Position numbers and translations under genes: made by a program. DNA of 64,000 nucleotides, taken from Batkoa obscura (Eukaryota). The stretch spans positions 682,001-746,000 of the forward strand of contig JASVEC010000003.1 in the NCBI GenBank assembly GCA_030770535.1. Reading direction: 5' to 3'. Position 1 is the stretch's first letter, and each line of letters begins with the position of its first letter. Positions 37,320 to 49,490 of this stretch are shown here, piece by piece. The notes under the pieces were generated by a model. It ran no database searches. It was not told where the DNA came from and was given only the letters and a program-made list of their open reading frames with translations.

Positions 37320-38031
37320 TTAATCATCTTGAACAACGGTGGTCTAAAAAAAATAAGTAACATAATTTTACTAAATAAAATAAATTACCTTTCCGGAAAT
37401 ATAGATACCATCAAGGAATTTACGGATATCTTTGTTTCTGGCAAGAGTAGATTGTTGGAATGAAGCGGCGGTTTGGGAAACGTCATTGATATCATTACCG
37501 AAGATAATAAGTTCATCTTTAACATCTTTAGAATGTTCAATGGTAACGCCATCCTTGATTACAACGGAACGGTTTCTTTTTTCTCCTAAGTAGTTACGAA
37601 TTTCAGCCTTTTTTCCATCATCAGCAATGGTTACATTGATAGGGAAATGGGAATATACGAAACGTAATTTGTAAAGGAAACCCTAAATCGAAATTAATAA
37701 TGGTATAAATTATAACATGGACACTTACTTTGGTAACACCCTTCATCATGTTTTTGATTGAAGAAGAAATGGTACCGATGCAAGCTAAATGCTTACGGCC
37801 GGCGTGCCATACGATAACCTTGATCTTATTTTTTCCAGCACGTTGAAGTTCTAATTGAATGTGCTTGTAATCTCTGCTAAGGGTTCCTCGAGGTCCAGTT
37901 ACCTTGACAATACGAGATTTGGCGTGAACGGTCACTATTTTTATTTTTAATATTGCTTTTTTAATTGTAAAATCTAAATTCTAACCTCCTTCTGGGATGG
38001 TAATGATTTCCTCTGAGTAGATATCTTTCAT
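37320..38031 (-). CDS. RPL9: 60S ribosomal protein L9 (uL6), 4 coding exons plus probable 5'-UTR intron 38186-38041
   Basis: MKDIYSEEIITIPEG|VTVHAKSRIVKVTGPRGTL...KNMMKGVTK|GFLYKLRFVYSHFPINV...EIRNYLGEK...DIRKFLDGIYIS. Confidence 0.96.
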
Positions 38032-38982
38032 TTTTAACCACTAATTTGTTCATGTCAATATATTTCATCTAATCTTATATGATGTTCGATTCAGTTGTAA
38101 AATTTTGCCATCTCTTATATTTATTCTTCTTATATTTAAGGTTGATATATAGAGATGGATGTATTTTATTGCATAAAGAAACTCACCTCACAAGTTTACG
38201 ATAGTTGGTAAAAGAGAAGGCTTGCCTATAAATTCTTTGAATACATTTGTTCTGAAATAAAAATGGGCAAATTTGGTTGAATTTTGCTAATTTTTCGAAT
38301 TTCAGTAAAGTAGACATTTTATTAAGTAAATATTGATTTTAAAATTTTTAGCTATGTGTATATTATATTATATATTGATGAAATCACTATAGTGAAATAA
38401 AAATGTTAGATTTACAAGCGCTTCATTATAAAATATAGCGGAAATCATTAACTTTTTTAAGCTATTTGCTTATGCTGGTTAAACTTTCAAACAATGTTTA
38501 AAATCCAAATATAATTTAATTGATTATATAGAGTATTATTTATAATGCTTCCCTACCTTAACTTTCAATAGTTTGTAATAGAGGAATTTTGATTCAACTA
38601 TTGAGTTGTATATTTATAGAGATGTATAGGTATATAACTACTAAAGCACCGAGTTTCTCGTTAAAACTATTATACGATTAGTTTCAAAACCTTTGATAGA
38701 TGTAGTAAATTAAAAGTAATAGATTCGGAAGGAATATGTGATTAAAAGCAGTAGTTTTTTATTTCTACAAATGTTGATTCTTGTAATGCTTATATAGTTA
38801 AATGCGTTACAATAAATAAATATTATCTTTTGCTAATTTTTTACTTTCATGCTGATACCATTTAAATAGTTAGTATAAAAATCTCTATAGTTATGGATTT
38901 TTTAAATTAATATTTTGTATTAATAATACTATTAATTTTCCAAAATAAATACACATTTAAATAATTGATGTAAACTAAATAT

Positions 38983-39079
38983 GGTGATGTTTTTTGGCTT
39001 CATCATTTTTTCCATCTTTTAAGCGCTATTTAAGTGGAAAAACTACTAGTAAAATTCTTAAACACAAAAATACATCCCC
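38983..39079 (-). mobile_element. MITE family A copy
   Basis: GGTGATGTTTTTTGG...AATACATCCCC, flanks ATAT/ATGT. Confidence 0.93.
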
Positions 39080-39381
39080 ATGTAAACTTTTAAGTTTTAT
39101 TAAATTTTAAGCAATAAATATTAAACATCATATTATAGTCTTATTTAACTTTAATTGTATACTGATTAAAATCAGCACAAACCAAAAATACCCTCATAAA
39201 AAAATTATAGTTTTTCAAATTATATACGTATAAATTCAATATATTTTACTAAATTTATATTGTTTATACATATTTTATAAATAATATCTTATTATAATTT
39301 GCATAGTAAATTGACAATAAAACTTTAAACAATAGTCTAGATGAGCCATCACACTACTATCCCAATAGCAATATAGCTGGA

Positions 39382-39487
39382 GACAAAAATGATTTTATGG
39401 TGTGCTTTTTTCCAATTTTTTTAAATAAAACAAAATATTATAAAGTAAAAAAATCGGAAAAAAGCACACCATAAAATCATTTTTGTC
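39382..39487. repeat. Foldback (hairpin) element with 32-bp perfect inverted arms; probable MITE family B
   Basis: GACAAAAATGATTTTATGGTGTGCTTTTTTCC ... GGAAAAAAGCACACCATAAAATCATTTTTGTC, extendable to ~42 bp with one mismatch. Confidence 0.85.
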
Positions 39488-39985
39488 CATATGGTATATT
39501 TTGAATTTAAGAATAAATACATTACCTTTAGGAATTAAAATTTATATATATATTTTTTAATATTGTTATAAATTTAAAATTGATTGAATTCTTAATGTCA
39601 CTCAAATATAGTATATTTTGGAATTTTAAAACTCCCACGCGATACCAATAAGGTGTTCAACATTAACAGCGTAGTGGATAAAATTTTATTTCCACATTTA
39701 AAATAAAATTTTACTATACTGTGTTAAATTTCTTTAATAAATTAGATACTATTATAACTTTGAAAAATTATTAATTGGGATAGTATCTATCATAGATAGC
39801 CACTTTAAACAGTTGATACCAACATTCAGCAACACTAGTCAATATCTCAATATTATAAAATGAGGTGCCAAGATATTTATTAATACGAATTGATGAACAA
39901 ATTAATGATTTTTAATTCCTATACTAAAATACATATAAAAATACACTTAAAATTATAATAATTATTACTCTATTTTCTTAATATA

Positions 39986-41095
39986 ATGAAATTACTATAT
40001 ATAAGCATCATTTTATTTGCTGCCGCCGTGCTCCCTTTTGGTGGTGACAAACGCAGTTCAAAAGCCCAGGAGGTTACTAAACATGTTAATGCCACAGAAC
40101 AATTTGATGATCCTTATTTCCAGCAAATGGTAAGGGACTTTCCAACCATAATTAAAATATCTGAAGAGGATAAATCCACGTCACCTAAGGATATCAGCAT
40201 AATGAAAAAAGTTAGAAATTTGATTTTGAATAAACGATCGATGAGTAAAGCAATGAATGAAGGAGATATCCGGTATTATCAACGATATGCAGGGGCCGCT
40301 TATTGCGAACCAAAATCAATTTCTGAATGGAGTTGTGGACACTGTAAAAAGATCGGGGCCAAAGAAGATTTGGAAATGTTTAGCTTATTCTACAATGAAG
40401 AAAAAAATAACCAGGGGTACATGCTAGTTAATAATAAAATTAAAAAGATTATTATTACATTCCGAGGTACCGTAAAGTCTTCATTTACAAATTGGTTAAC
40501 CAATATCGATGTTATCAGTTTAGTTAAACCAACTGGTTTGAGTGCTAATATTGATAGGCCAGGGATTTTAGTCCATCCTGGCTTTAATAAAGCTAAAGAA
40601 AGAATGGCTAAATTTTATAATCCAACAGTTAAAGAGATGTATGATAAATATAAATATGATATCATTGTTACTGGACATTCTTTGGGCGGCGCTATTGCCA
40701 GTCTGGTTGCTGCTGATCTATTAAATAGTGGTATACCAAAAGATAAAATTAATCTAATCACTTATTGTCAACCAAGGGTTGGAAATAAAAAATTTGCTGA
40801 ATGGATAAATACAAATATTTATTCATCTACCAGAGTTACTCATGAAGGTGATCCAGTTTCTCTAGTTCCACCGAAGAAGTATTGTTCGCTTAAGAAAGAT
40901 GGCTGGTGCGCTCATCAATCTACTGAAGTTTATGTTAACAAGGAAGGAAAAATAAAGGTATGCACTGCAGGACTATACGAAGATAAAGAGTGTACTTATT
41001 CTGGTGGTAAGGGCATGTCAGCTTTGGAAGGGGTAGCTGCTCATTCTAAATTGCTTGGGGTTGAGTTTGGAGGAGGGTGTAAAGAAGGAGAATAA
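39986..41095 (+). CDS. Secreted class-3 triacylglycerol lipase (Rhizomucor-type)
   Basis: Signal peptide, propeptide with KR sites, AAYC, TFRGT, VHPGF, GHSLGG, QPRVGN, D in HEGDPV, C-terminal His. Confidence 0.93.
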   Translation: MKLLYISIILFAAAVLPFGGDKRSSKAQEVTKHVNATEQFDDPYFQQMVRDFPTIIKISEEDKSTSPKDISIMKKVRNLILNKRSMSKAMNEGDIRYYQRYAGAAYCEPKSISEWSCGHCKKIGAKEDLEMFSLFYNEEKNNQGYMLVNNKIKKIIITFRGTVKSSFTNWLTNIDVISLVKPTGLSANIDRPGILVHPGFNKAKERMAKFYNPTVKEMYDKYKYDIIVTGHSLGGAIASLVAADLLNSGIPKDKINLITYCQPRVGNKKFAEWINTNIYSSTRVTHEGDPVSLVPPKKYCSLKKDGWCAHQSTEVYVNKEGKIKVCTAGLYEDKECTYSGGKGMSALEGVAAHSKLLGVEFGGGCKEGE

Positions 41096-41366
41096 TAAAA
41101 GGTTTTGAAAATGCGATTGATAAATACCTAATTTTAGAGTTCATAAATTTTATTTTGAAGTAAATTATTCATAAAGCCTTTGCGTTATACAAATAATATA
41201 AATTCAAATGGGTTCTGATATAAAACCAAAAATTCTTTACTAAAAATTATAGAGAATAGTTTCTGTATTAAAACACTTTATTATGAGATTTTATTAAAAT
41301 TAAATAAGCTTATCACAAATTTCTTAAACTGCTTTCTACAAAAGTGTAGGATTTAATGTAACATTT

Positions 41367-41464
41367 GGGGGTGTATTTTTGTGTTTAAGAATTTTACAAC
41401 AATTTTTCCACTTAAATAGCGCTTAAAAAATGGAAAAAGTGATGAAGCCAAAAAAGACACCCCC
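41367..41464 (+). mobile_element. MITE family A copy
   Basis: GGGGGTGTATTTT...AAAGACACCCCC, flanks ATTT/GTTT. Confidence 0.93.
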
Positions 41465-41759
41465 GTTTATAAAATAAAATGTGTTAAAGTATAAACCTAG
41501 AATGGAGTCAATTCACAGTAGAAATATATGAGTAACTTGTTGAATAGAGTATTTATATAACCTCAGTAGACTTAATTTGATACAAAAATCCTAAAAATTA
41601 TTGTTAATTGATAATTTTTATGTACTTTTTAATTTATGATATTCATTCATTTTAGTCTAATTTAGCTGACATTTGTAATAATTTCATAATGAAGTCATTT
41701 CATGATCAGTTTCTATTTGAATTTTTGTTCCTTTCAATTCTCATCTATTTTTGAACAAA

Positions 41760-43177
41760 ATGGGGATGCAAGATAGTAAACTTCAAGACAGTCAGGAAGC
41801 GCTCAATTACAGTGGTATAAAACCTGAGTATGTTCAAAAGATACAAACTTTGTGTAAAGAGTATGAAGGAAATGAGAAGGTAATGAGCAATATTTCAAAC
41901 TACTAAGGTATAAAATAATACGATTTCTAGGGATTATTTGAACTGACAAACCAAGAATCTTTTAAACAAAAGATGGAGCAATTTTATAAAGGGTATTTAA
42001 ATAATCAATCATCAGATTTTCAGAGGTTCATTGTATATTGTATTAAAGAGGATAACCAAGAGCTACTGAATCTTTTATTGATGAGTTACTCAAGTATCTC
42101 TGAACTGCTTGATGACTTTTTGCTTTTTTATTTGAGCCAGTGGTCCAACTCAGAAGTTACAAAAAACGAATACTTTAATAACTTGAAGAAGTTTATTTTA
42201 AAAGTCGACCAAAAAAAGGAGGAGATTTGGGATGAGATGGAAAGTGAAATGAGGGAAGATGAAGTTGAGATGATTGAAAAGGAAGAGGATGATAAAATCA
42301 AAAAGAAACGAATTGAAGAATATTATATAAAAAACATCAAATTAAAAAGAATTATCCTTGGCAGCTTTTATTTTTTATTCTTTAAACATGATAGTATGGA
42401 TATTAACTTGAGATTTCCAAATATTAAAAACAATGTATTAGATGTCAGTTTAATTTATTTTTTCAATCAAAAGATTGATAACAATGGTAATAAAGAAGAA
42501 TGGAAAATGAAATATGATAGTAAAAAAGATGGTAAAAGCTGGAACCGATTTAAAAAAGAGTTGGTTGAGTGTGAGCAGAGTATCATCATTATCTATGAAA
42601 AAAAGAGCAGTTATTGTTTTGGAGGATTCACGGATAATTCATGGAAAAAAGACGGTCATTTTAGTGGAAATGGGAGCGAAGCTTTGTTCTCTATTATTCC
42701 AACGTTAGCGTGGTATTCAATCACAAACTATAATAAGAATTTCAAATACTTCATGGATCAGAGTCAGACTTTAGTTAATGGTAGGCTAAGTTATACGAAC
42801 AAATATAATATTCCTAATAATTAACTTAACTAGGTTTAGGATTCGGGGGACAATTAGATTATTTTGGATTATTTATTGAAACAAACTTTAATAATGGACA
42901 CTCAAAAGCACATCCGAATTGTTCCACTTTTAATAGCCCACAATTAAGTAAGAATGAAGAATTCGAAATTGAACGTGTACAAAGTAACATTAAATTTTAT
43001 TTATTTATCAAATGCTAATATATTTTAGTATTATGCCTTAAACAAATTGAAAATGAAGGGGGAGACTCAAATCAAAAATCGATATTAGATAATAATGAAG
43101 CTGCTGCATTTTTAGAAATGGCTAATCATAAAATCTATTCAAAAGATTTGAGGGAAGAAAAATTGGATATTGAATAA
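41760..43177 (+). CDS. TLDc-domain protein (Rtc5/MEAK7-like), multi-exon
   Basis: MGMQDSK myristoylation-type start; YDSKKDGKSWNRF, CFGGF, N|GLGFGG, CSTFNSPQLS, KSILDN...AFLEMA. Confidence 0.85.
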
Positions 43178-43192
43178 AAGCAAACTATTTAT

Positions 43193-44948
43193 TTATTTTT
43201 TGTCTAATATATTTTTAACATTATTTGAAAATTGATGAGAGTTTAAAGTAATATCATTAAGATGCTTATTTACGCTTTCAGTAATAAAGGTAGAATCCAA
43301 GTCTGCAGTAAATTTAGCTATGGAAGTTAAATAAGACAAACCTTGAGGGTTACCAAAATTAAGGTATAGGTGGTCATCTAGTATCAAATTATTATTTGGA
43401 TTGTTTGAATTATCTAAATAACTAAGGTAACTTTGTTTTTCATTAGTGTTGCTATTATCATTTTGTTTTTGAATAAAATGATTGTATTGTATACTGCCAT
43501 CACTTAAATAATTTGATTTGATGTAGTTGTTTAGATTCTTTTTATGTTTTTTATATCTTTTTATAGTAGGTGCAGTTTGAGTATTCTCTTGGTAATTACT
43601 CTCTTGATTATTAATAATGGTAGTATTTACTTTATTATTACTATTATCATTATCATACTGTAAATTATTTTCCACATCCAACATCTCGCTTTTACCTATA
43701 AAACTAGTATTAGGTAAAATGTAATCTTTTTCTTTATCTGCTAAACTTAAAGCAAAACTCAATATCTTCTCGGCCATTTTATAAAAGATGGTATCTTTTT
43801 GATTGTAAATCATTGCATTATTACAAATTAATTCGATATCTTTTAAAAAGGCTTCCAAAGTTGAATAGTTTCCACTTTTTAATTTCCTTTTCATTAATTG
43901 GAAATTCATTGGTTTTTTAATAACTATATAGTAATCCGGTACTTCTTTTGCATTTACAGGCTCATAAAATATTCCGTAGGTATCCTTTCTAATAATATCA
44001 TTAAGCATTTTTGTTAGTACACTATTTAATTCTTTAGGCTGACGTTGGTTGCTAGTAGTTTTATTACTGCTTTTACTACTCTTTTTGCTTTTCTTACTTT
44101 TGCTTTTATTGCTAGACACATTGCTAACATCATTATTTGCCTCATTCTCTATAAAATAAAATAAAATAAAATAAAATAAAACAAAATAAAATAAAAACAA
44201 GATTACCTTTTTTATTTAATAGCGAAGTCAAATTTGAATCGTTATTGATCAAATCTTCGTTTTCAACATCTAATTCTGAATCCGAGTTCATTTCCTGTTC
44301 TTTTACTTCCTTTTTACTATTAGTATTATTATTGCTTGCTGGTAGCCTCAAAATAATTTTAGGTATGGAGGTTCGTTTTCTAGCGACAATGGGTGAAGAA
44401 GGCAAACTTGATAAAGCAGAATCCAACTCACTGCCTTGTTCTGAGCTTATGTTTTTTTCCTGCTGTTTGATTTCATAATTTGAAATTGGAGATGAGGACC
44501 TCAAACTTGAAGCTATTGAATAGATGGGTGATGAATTTATTCCAGTTCCAGCTTCATTAGTAGAGCTATAAATTGGAGACGAACTTTTTTCTAATACTGG
44601 TTTTGGATTACTATATGACTCTTTCATTTTTAATTTCAGTCTTATTGGTTCATGTTCGCTTAGTGGAGAAGAACAATCTTCTCTTCTTTCTTCGTCTTCG
44701 TCTTCATTATCTGAATCAACATTTAAATCCAACTCTTTTACATTTCTTTCTGTTCTACTTTTATTTCTGCTATTAATGCTAACATAATTGCTATTATTAT
44801 TATTGTTGCTACTGTTTTTTTTTGTAGGATTACTATTTCCCAATTTTAAAAAAATCTTTAATTTATTTTGATTATTATTATCTAAATAAAATATTAATAT
44901 AAATTTTATAATCAAATTCTAATTACTTTTTTCTTTATTGTGATCCAT
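43193..44948 (-). CDS. Bromodomain protein (BRD7/9-like), 3 exons
   Basis: KDTYGIFYEPVNAKEVPDYYIVIKKPMNF...LICNNAMIYNQKDTIFY. ATG at 44948 followed by a short exon and GTAATT donor; second intron ~44206-44148. Confidence 0.85.
44151..44195. repeat. (ATAAA)n pentanucleotide repeat in the bromodomain gene intron
   Basis: Direct reading; explains the spurious FYFILFY text in the ORF track. Confidence 0.9.
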
Positions 44949-45155
44949 TTTTGGTTCCCAAGGATTAAAAAAAGCTGCTAACTTGAACTTGGTTTTATAC
45001 AAAATAAGTTTTTTGAAGGAAAAGATTGGTTTATTTACTGCAAAATTATTCAGGGATTTTCAATTTTCATACTAAGATTAAATTTAATAAAAAAAGGAGA
45101 CCTAAAAAGGCAGACCGCAAGCCCAGACGAACGCATTTTAACACATAGCTACACT

Positions 45156-45413
45156 ATGGAAAACCCACATCATCAACAACAAGCACGGTTGCTAGATCGT
45201 ATACAAGGCAATATAAGGAAGATCAATGAGATGATTTTAGAGATCAATGACATCCTTATTCAAATCAACGATGATCAGTCAGACTTAGGAGTGATTTCTA
45301 ATTATTGGGAGTCCTATTGTACTGCTACCAAGTCAGACTTGAATAACTATAACCTAGTAAAAAGAGACTTATTCAATTGGAATGTAGAAAAAATTATAAA
45401 TGAAGACTATTGA
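45156..45413 (+). CDS. DAD4: DASH/Dam1 complex subunit Dad4
   Basis: MENPH..Q..LL.RI.GN..K.NE...EIN..L..IN......L......W..Y pattern of Dad4. Confidence 0.88.
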   Translation: MENPHHQQQARLLDRIQGNIRKINEMILEINDILIQINDDQSDLGVISNYWESYCTATKSDLNNYNLVKRDLFNWNVEKIINEDY

Positions 45414-45477
45414 ATTGTGCTTTGAATGAATAAAAATAAGATTAAATTATTTAAATTTAGTTTCTGTTCTATTCTAT

Positions 45478-45943
45478 TTATTTTTTCTTTTCAGAAGCTT
45501 TTTTAGAAGCCATCGTTGAGGCTACCGATGGAGCCATCTTTTTATCCCCAATAGCATCCTTGATCGTTTTATTTACCAATCCTTTCATCATGGTTAATCG
45601 ACCCTGGGAATTAGCTTTAGTTGCAAATGCTGTTTCTACTTTGTTATTTACTACACCGGTTAGTTTCTAAATCAAAATAATAATTGTGAATAAAACGATC
45701 GCAGTAAAAAAATAAACGAGTTTACTTTGGTGAGCTTTCTTTGCTTAATTAACTGTTGTTTTTTTGGTGGAATTACTTTCGCTAAATTAAATGTATAGAG
45801 TTAATAAACTATATAAGAATATCATTATCATTATTGCTTTGTTCTATACACTTTATCAAATAATACTTACCTCCTTTTTTAGGTGTAGCTGACGCTTTCT
45901 TTTCTTTCTTCTTGATATTCTTAAGTTTGTTCCCTTGAGCCAT
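45478..45943 (-). CDS. UPF0390/DUF2462 (C19orf53-like) small basic protein, 3 exons
   Basis: Not in the ORF track. Spliced MAQGNKLKNIKKKEKKASATPKKG|AKVIPPKKQQLIKQRKLTK|KLTGVVNNKVETAFATKANSQGRLTMMK...EKKK*. Confidence 0.8.
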
Positions 45944-46020
45944 TCTAGTTTAAATAAAAACAGTTTAGAATTTAAAGAGTTTAGATTAGAAAACCCAACT
46001 TTTTATTTATTCTTTTTAAA

Positions 46021-47349
46021 ATGAAGCTGACCCGAGTATTATTAGCTAAAGATTTATATTCAATTATGTTGACTCATGCATATACAATAGAAAATGTAAA
46101 TTATTATATTCATAAAACAATATAGCAATTAAACAAAATAGCAAGAGATCATAGGCTTATTGTTAGGTGATTGGAAAGTAATTCAAAGAATATAACAAAA
46201 GTAACTCAACTAAAAATAAGTAGAAAATAGAAACTGGACCAGACGAAGAAGGATATGAAGCAATAATAACGCATATTTCAGTAGTGGTGCGTAATGACAA
46301 AAGGAAGGATCGAGTTGAAGTAGCACCTGAACAATTGCATGAAGCGTTTTTAAAAGCGGAAGTAACTAATTAATAGTCTATAAGATATTAAACAATAATA
46401 TTATAAAAAGCAAATTGAAAAAGAAAGTAATAAGAAAACTAGGGTGATCGGATGGGTAACTAAATATATAAAAAATGAAATAAATGATAAATTAAGAGCG
46501 TTTTCTTTTTTAGTACCATTCTCACCCTCATATTACCGTGTTTCCTTCTAGTATTGGTAATATAATATTTTATCAGTATGAAATCAATTGCTAAGATCTG
46601 ATTCAGACTTAAATACGCAAGCTGCACAGCAAGGGTTGGATGATAGGTTTTTTGGGATTATTATATCTTGTTTCGATATGAGTGAAGATTTGACACATAA
46701 TTGTCAAATCCATTGCTTTCAAACTAAAGTTGAAATGGATAATACGTAAGCTTTGTCTTCTATAACTTCGTTATTGTAATCTAACGATATTGAATAGAAA
46801 AAGGAGATTAAATATACCACTTAAAATAGTAGAAAGGATCGAGGGCTTAGAATCTAAAGAATACAAAGAGTCTTATTTACAAATCATTCATCAATTATAC
46901 AGTGAAATCAAAATTGAGTTTAAAAAAAAGTTGCAAGTATTATCAAAGTAAGCATTATTGCGTTTGTAATGTACCATAATACATCAATTAATATTTATTA
47001 TTAGTAATACAGTGTTGCGTTACTTAAGGGTGGTTGAATTATGCACACAGCATAATTTGAGTTTATGGTGTTTATTATCAACTTACCTTTATCCTTGTTT
47101 AGACATTTTTAATTATTTAATATTAAATAATGATAATAATAATAATAATAATAATGATTTGGATATGAATCAATTGCTATTAAACAATGATCCTAAACTA
47201 GAGTCTGCGATAGATTTATTTGAGGTAAGCTATCATTTATTGTGTTTATATATATATTTATAATTCATGTTTAGTCCACCTCTATTTCTAAAAATCATAG
47301 TAGTGATAGCAACAGTACTACTAATGAACAAAAGTTAATTGATATATAA
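46021..47349 (+). CDS. BRCC36/BRCC3-like JAMM (MPN+) deubiquitinase, multi-exon
   Basis: Mostly absent from the ORF track. MKLTRVLL...MLTHAYTIEN|QEIIGLLLG, DKRKDRVEVAPEQL, RVIGW|YHSHPHITVFPSSI|DLNTQ, DRFFGIIISCF; intact E...HxH...SxxD JAMM motif. Confidence 0.9.
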
Positions 47350-47386
47350 ATAACTATTTTTATTATAAATAAATCAAATCATTTTA

Positions 47387-48744
47387 TTATTTTGTAATGA
47401 TATAAAGTTTATAAGCCAAGATAGGATGATCTAAAATTGACTTTTCAATGATAGTAGTTAAATCGGAATAAGGTAAAGGGTGATCTAGTAAGGATGTGAT
47501 AGTATTGTAATTATTAATATTGATGGAATTATTATTATTATCTACGGGAGAATATGCTACTTCAAATTCTATTTTTAAACTATGATTTACTATCTGCTTC
47601 TCAAATTCATGGCTATCTTTAAGATGCGTTTTTCGGATAGGTATTAAGATGATAGCTTTATTTTTTAAACTAGTTAAATGTCTTTTTAAATTATTATTAA
47701 TATTTGTTATTGTATTATCATCCTCTATATTATTCACGGCGTTGTTATCTCTATCATCTATAGCCTCACTGTTGTCATTATCATTTAAAAAATAATGAAT
47801 AACTTTAGGAAATGAATAAGCGTGTCTTAATTGGTACAAAACATCAGAGGCTAAAATAAAATCAAATTTAAAAGTATTACTGTCGTTATTTATAATATCC
47901 TTAGTTACAGTAATATTCTTTATACTATCACCGTCATTTGTATCTTCAAACCAGTCCCAGTTTAATAATAAACTAGAAGTATTGTATAATTGATTTAATT
48001 GTATATTGTAATTTAAATTGGACAATACATTTGGATGGTAATCGGATAAGTAATGTCGTTCGTTTGGATTTGTAATTGCTGAGCTTACTCCAACTAGGCC
48101 TGTACCAGAGCCCAACTCTAACACTTTACTATTGAATTTCACTCTATTTTTTATTAACAAGCTAATAAATTATTAATACTTGTTTATGTTCGTTTCATAT
48201 ATTGATATACCTTGCTAATAAACTCCCTGCTGGCCATGTTTTCCAGCCCAAATCAGCGTTATCAAAGCTAGGTTCTTTTAATTGAATTTGAACTTGATTC
48301 AATAAAAATTTACTGATCCTTTCACCTGAAGCTATATGAATAGTTTAATAAATATTCTAACGATGAAAAAGAAGTTACCATTTCTCCCAGAAAACAAAGT
48401 AATAATTTTAGACAAAGAGTCAAACAGCTGATTAATCTCATCTTCTTTTTCTTCCTCCACGTTTCCTTTCATTAGCTGTTGATTCCAATATTTCATACTA
48501 TTAACAAAGAAATTCAACCATATTTTTTTGTTACTATTCTCTATCTCTAACTGTTCATTTGAATCATCGATTATCCCATATCCTTCCTTTTCAATATAGC
48601 TTTCAAACTTATTAATCGCCAATTTAATATCCTCTACCTTTCGAATCGATAATAGTTCTAATATAAAGCTGCTTTCAACGGTTGTGCTCTTCGTCTATAG
48701 TTTTGTTTAGTTGAGTTTCATGTACTTTCTTATTGTATTACCAT
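47387..48744 (-). CDS. Seven-beta-strand protein lysine methyltransferase (Methyltransf_16, Efm2-like), multi-exon
   Basis: LKEPSFDNADLGWKTWPAG, VLELGSGTGLVG, LSDY, LNW, ILASDVLY (DxxY). Confidence 0.85.
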
Positions 48745-49472
48745 TTTAAGTTTTGATTGTTGAAATGAGACTATTCTTTTTTTTAAAACTTGAGTTTATA
48801 TTTTGGTTGCTCCACTTGTTCTTGGTCCTTATTTAAATTTGACCTATTTTCAAGACAATTTCGCAACTGCTTTGACAAATAGATTGGTTTTAAAATTAAA
48901 ATCTTGGAGATGTCCTTTCTTTAAATATTTGCCTACTTTTTACACTATAAAATTTACAAAATATTACTAATTAAACTCCTGTACAAAAAACACAGCTATA
49001 GCTGTTTACTTTCATATTTTATGTCATAAAATTCAGCCATATAGCTAAATAAAAATCTAATTGTTACACAAGAACAGCACATCTGGAAGGAATTACTGCT
49101 TTGATATAAACTTCATAACTTTTAAAATGATTAAAATTGTACTTTTAGGACTCTAACACTTTCATATTTTATTTTGACTGTTGCTAAATGCGAAAGTTTT
49201 GTCTTATTTACTCACTTTTATTCTTAGGATTTTAAAAAAATTATAGCCAAATTCTCAATAAAAAACATGCATATATGTTCAATTAGTCAAATAATATAAA
49301 AGTCTAATCATATCATATTTTTAAAAACTCAATATAGCTAGCATTTCATTTGCTTTTTGGATATGTTTCTAACAATACTATCTTTTTCCATAAAGATTCC
49401 TATCTTAACACGACTTTATTGAATGTTCGATATGACTTCATTTTTATTTCCGATATTATAATTTTCATAGCT

Positions 49473-49490
49473 TGAAATCACGTGATTTCA
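49473..49490. promoter_or_regulatory. Perfect 18-bp palindrome with E-box core (TGAAATCACGTGATTTCA)
   Basis: Self-reverse-complementary; lies in the divergent promoter between the methyltransferase and kinase genes. The regulatory role is inferred. Confidence 0.45.

Noticed and set aside
38983..41464. Composite transposon carrying the lipase
   Set aside because: Each MITE has its own TSD and the outer flanks differ (ATAT vs GTTT), indicating independent insertions.
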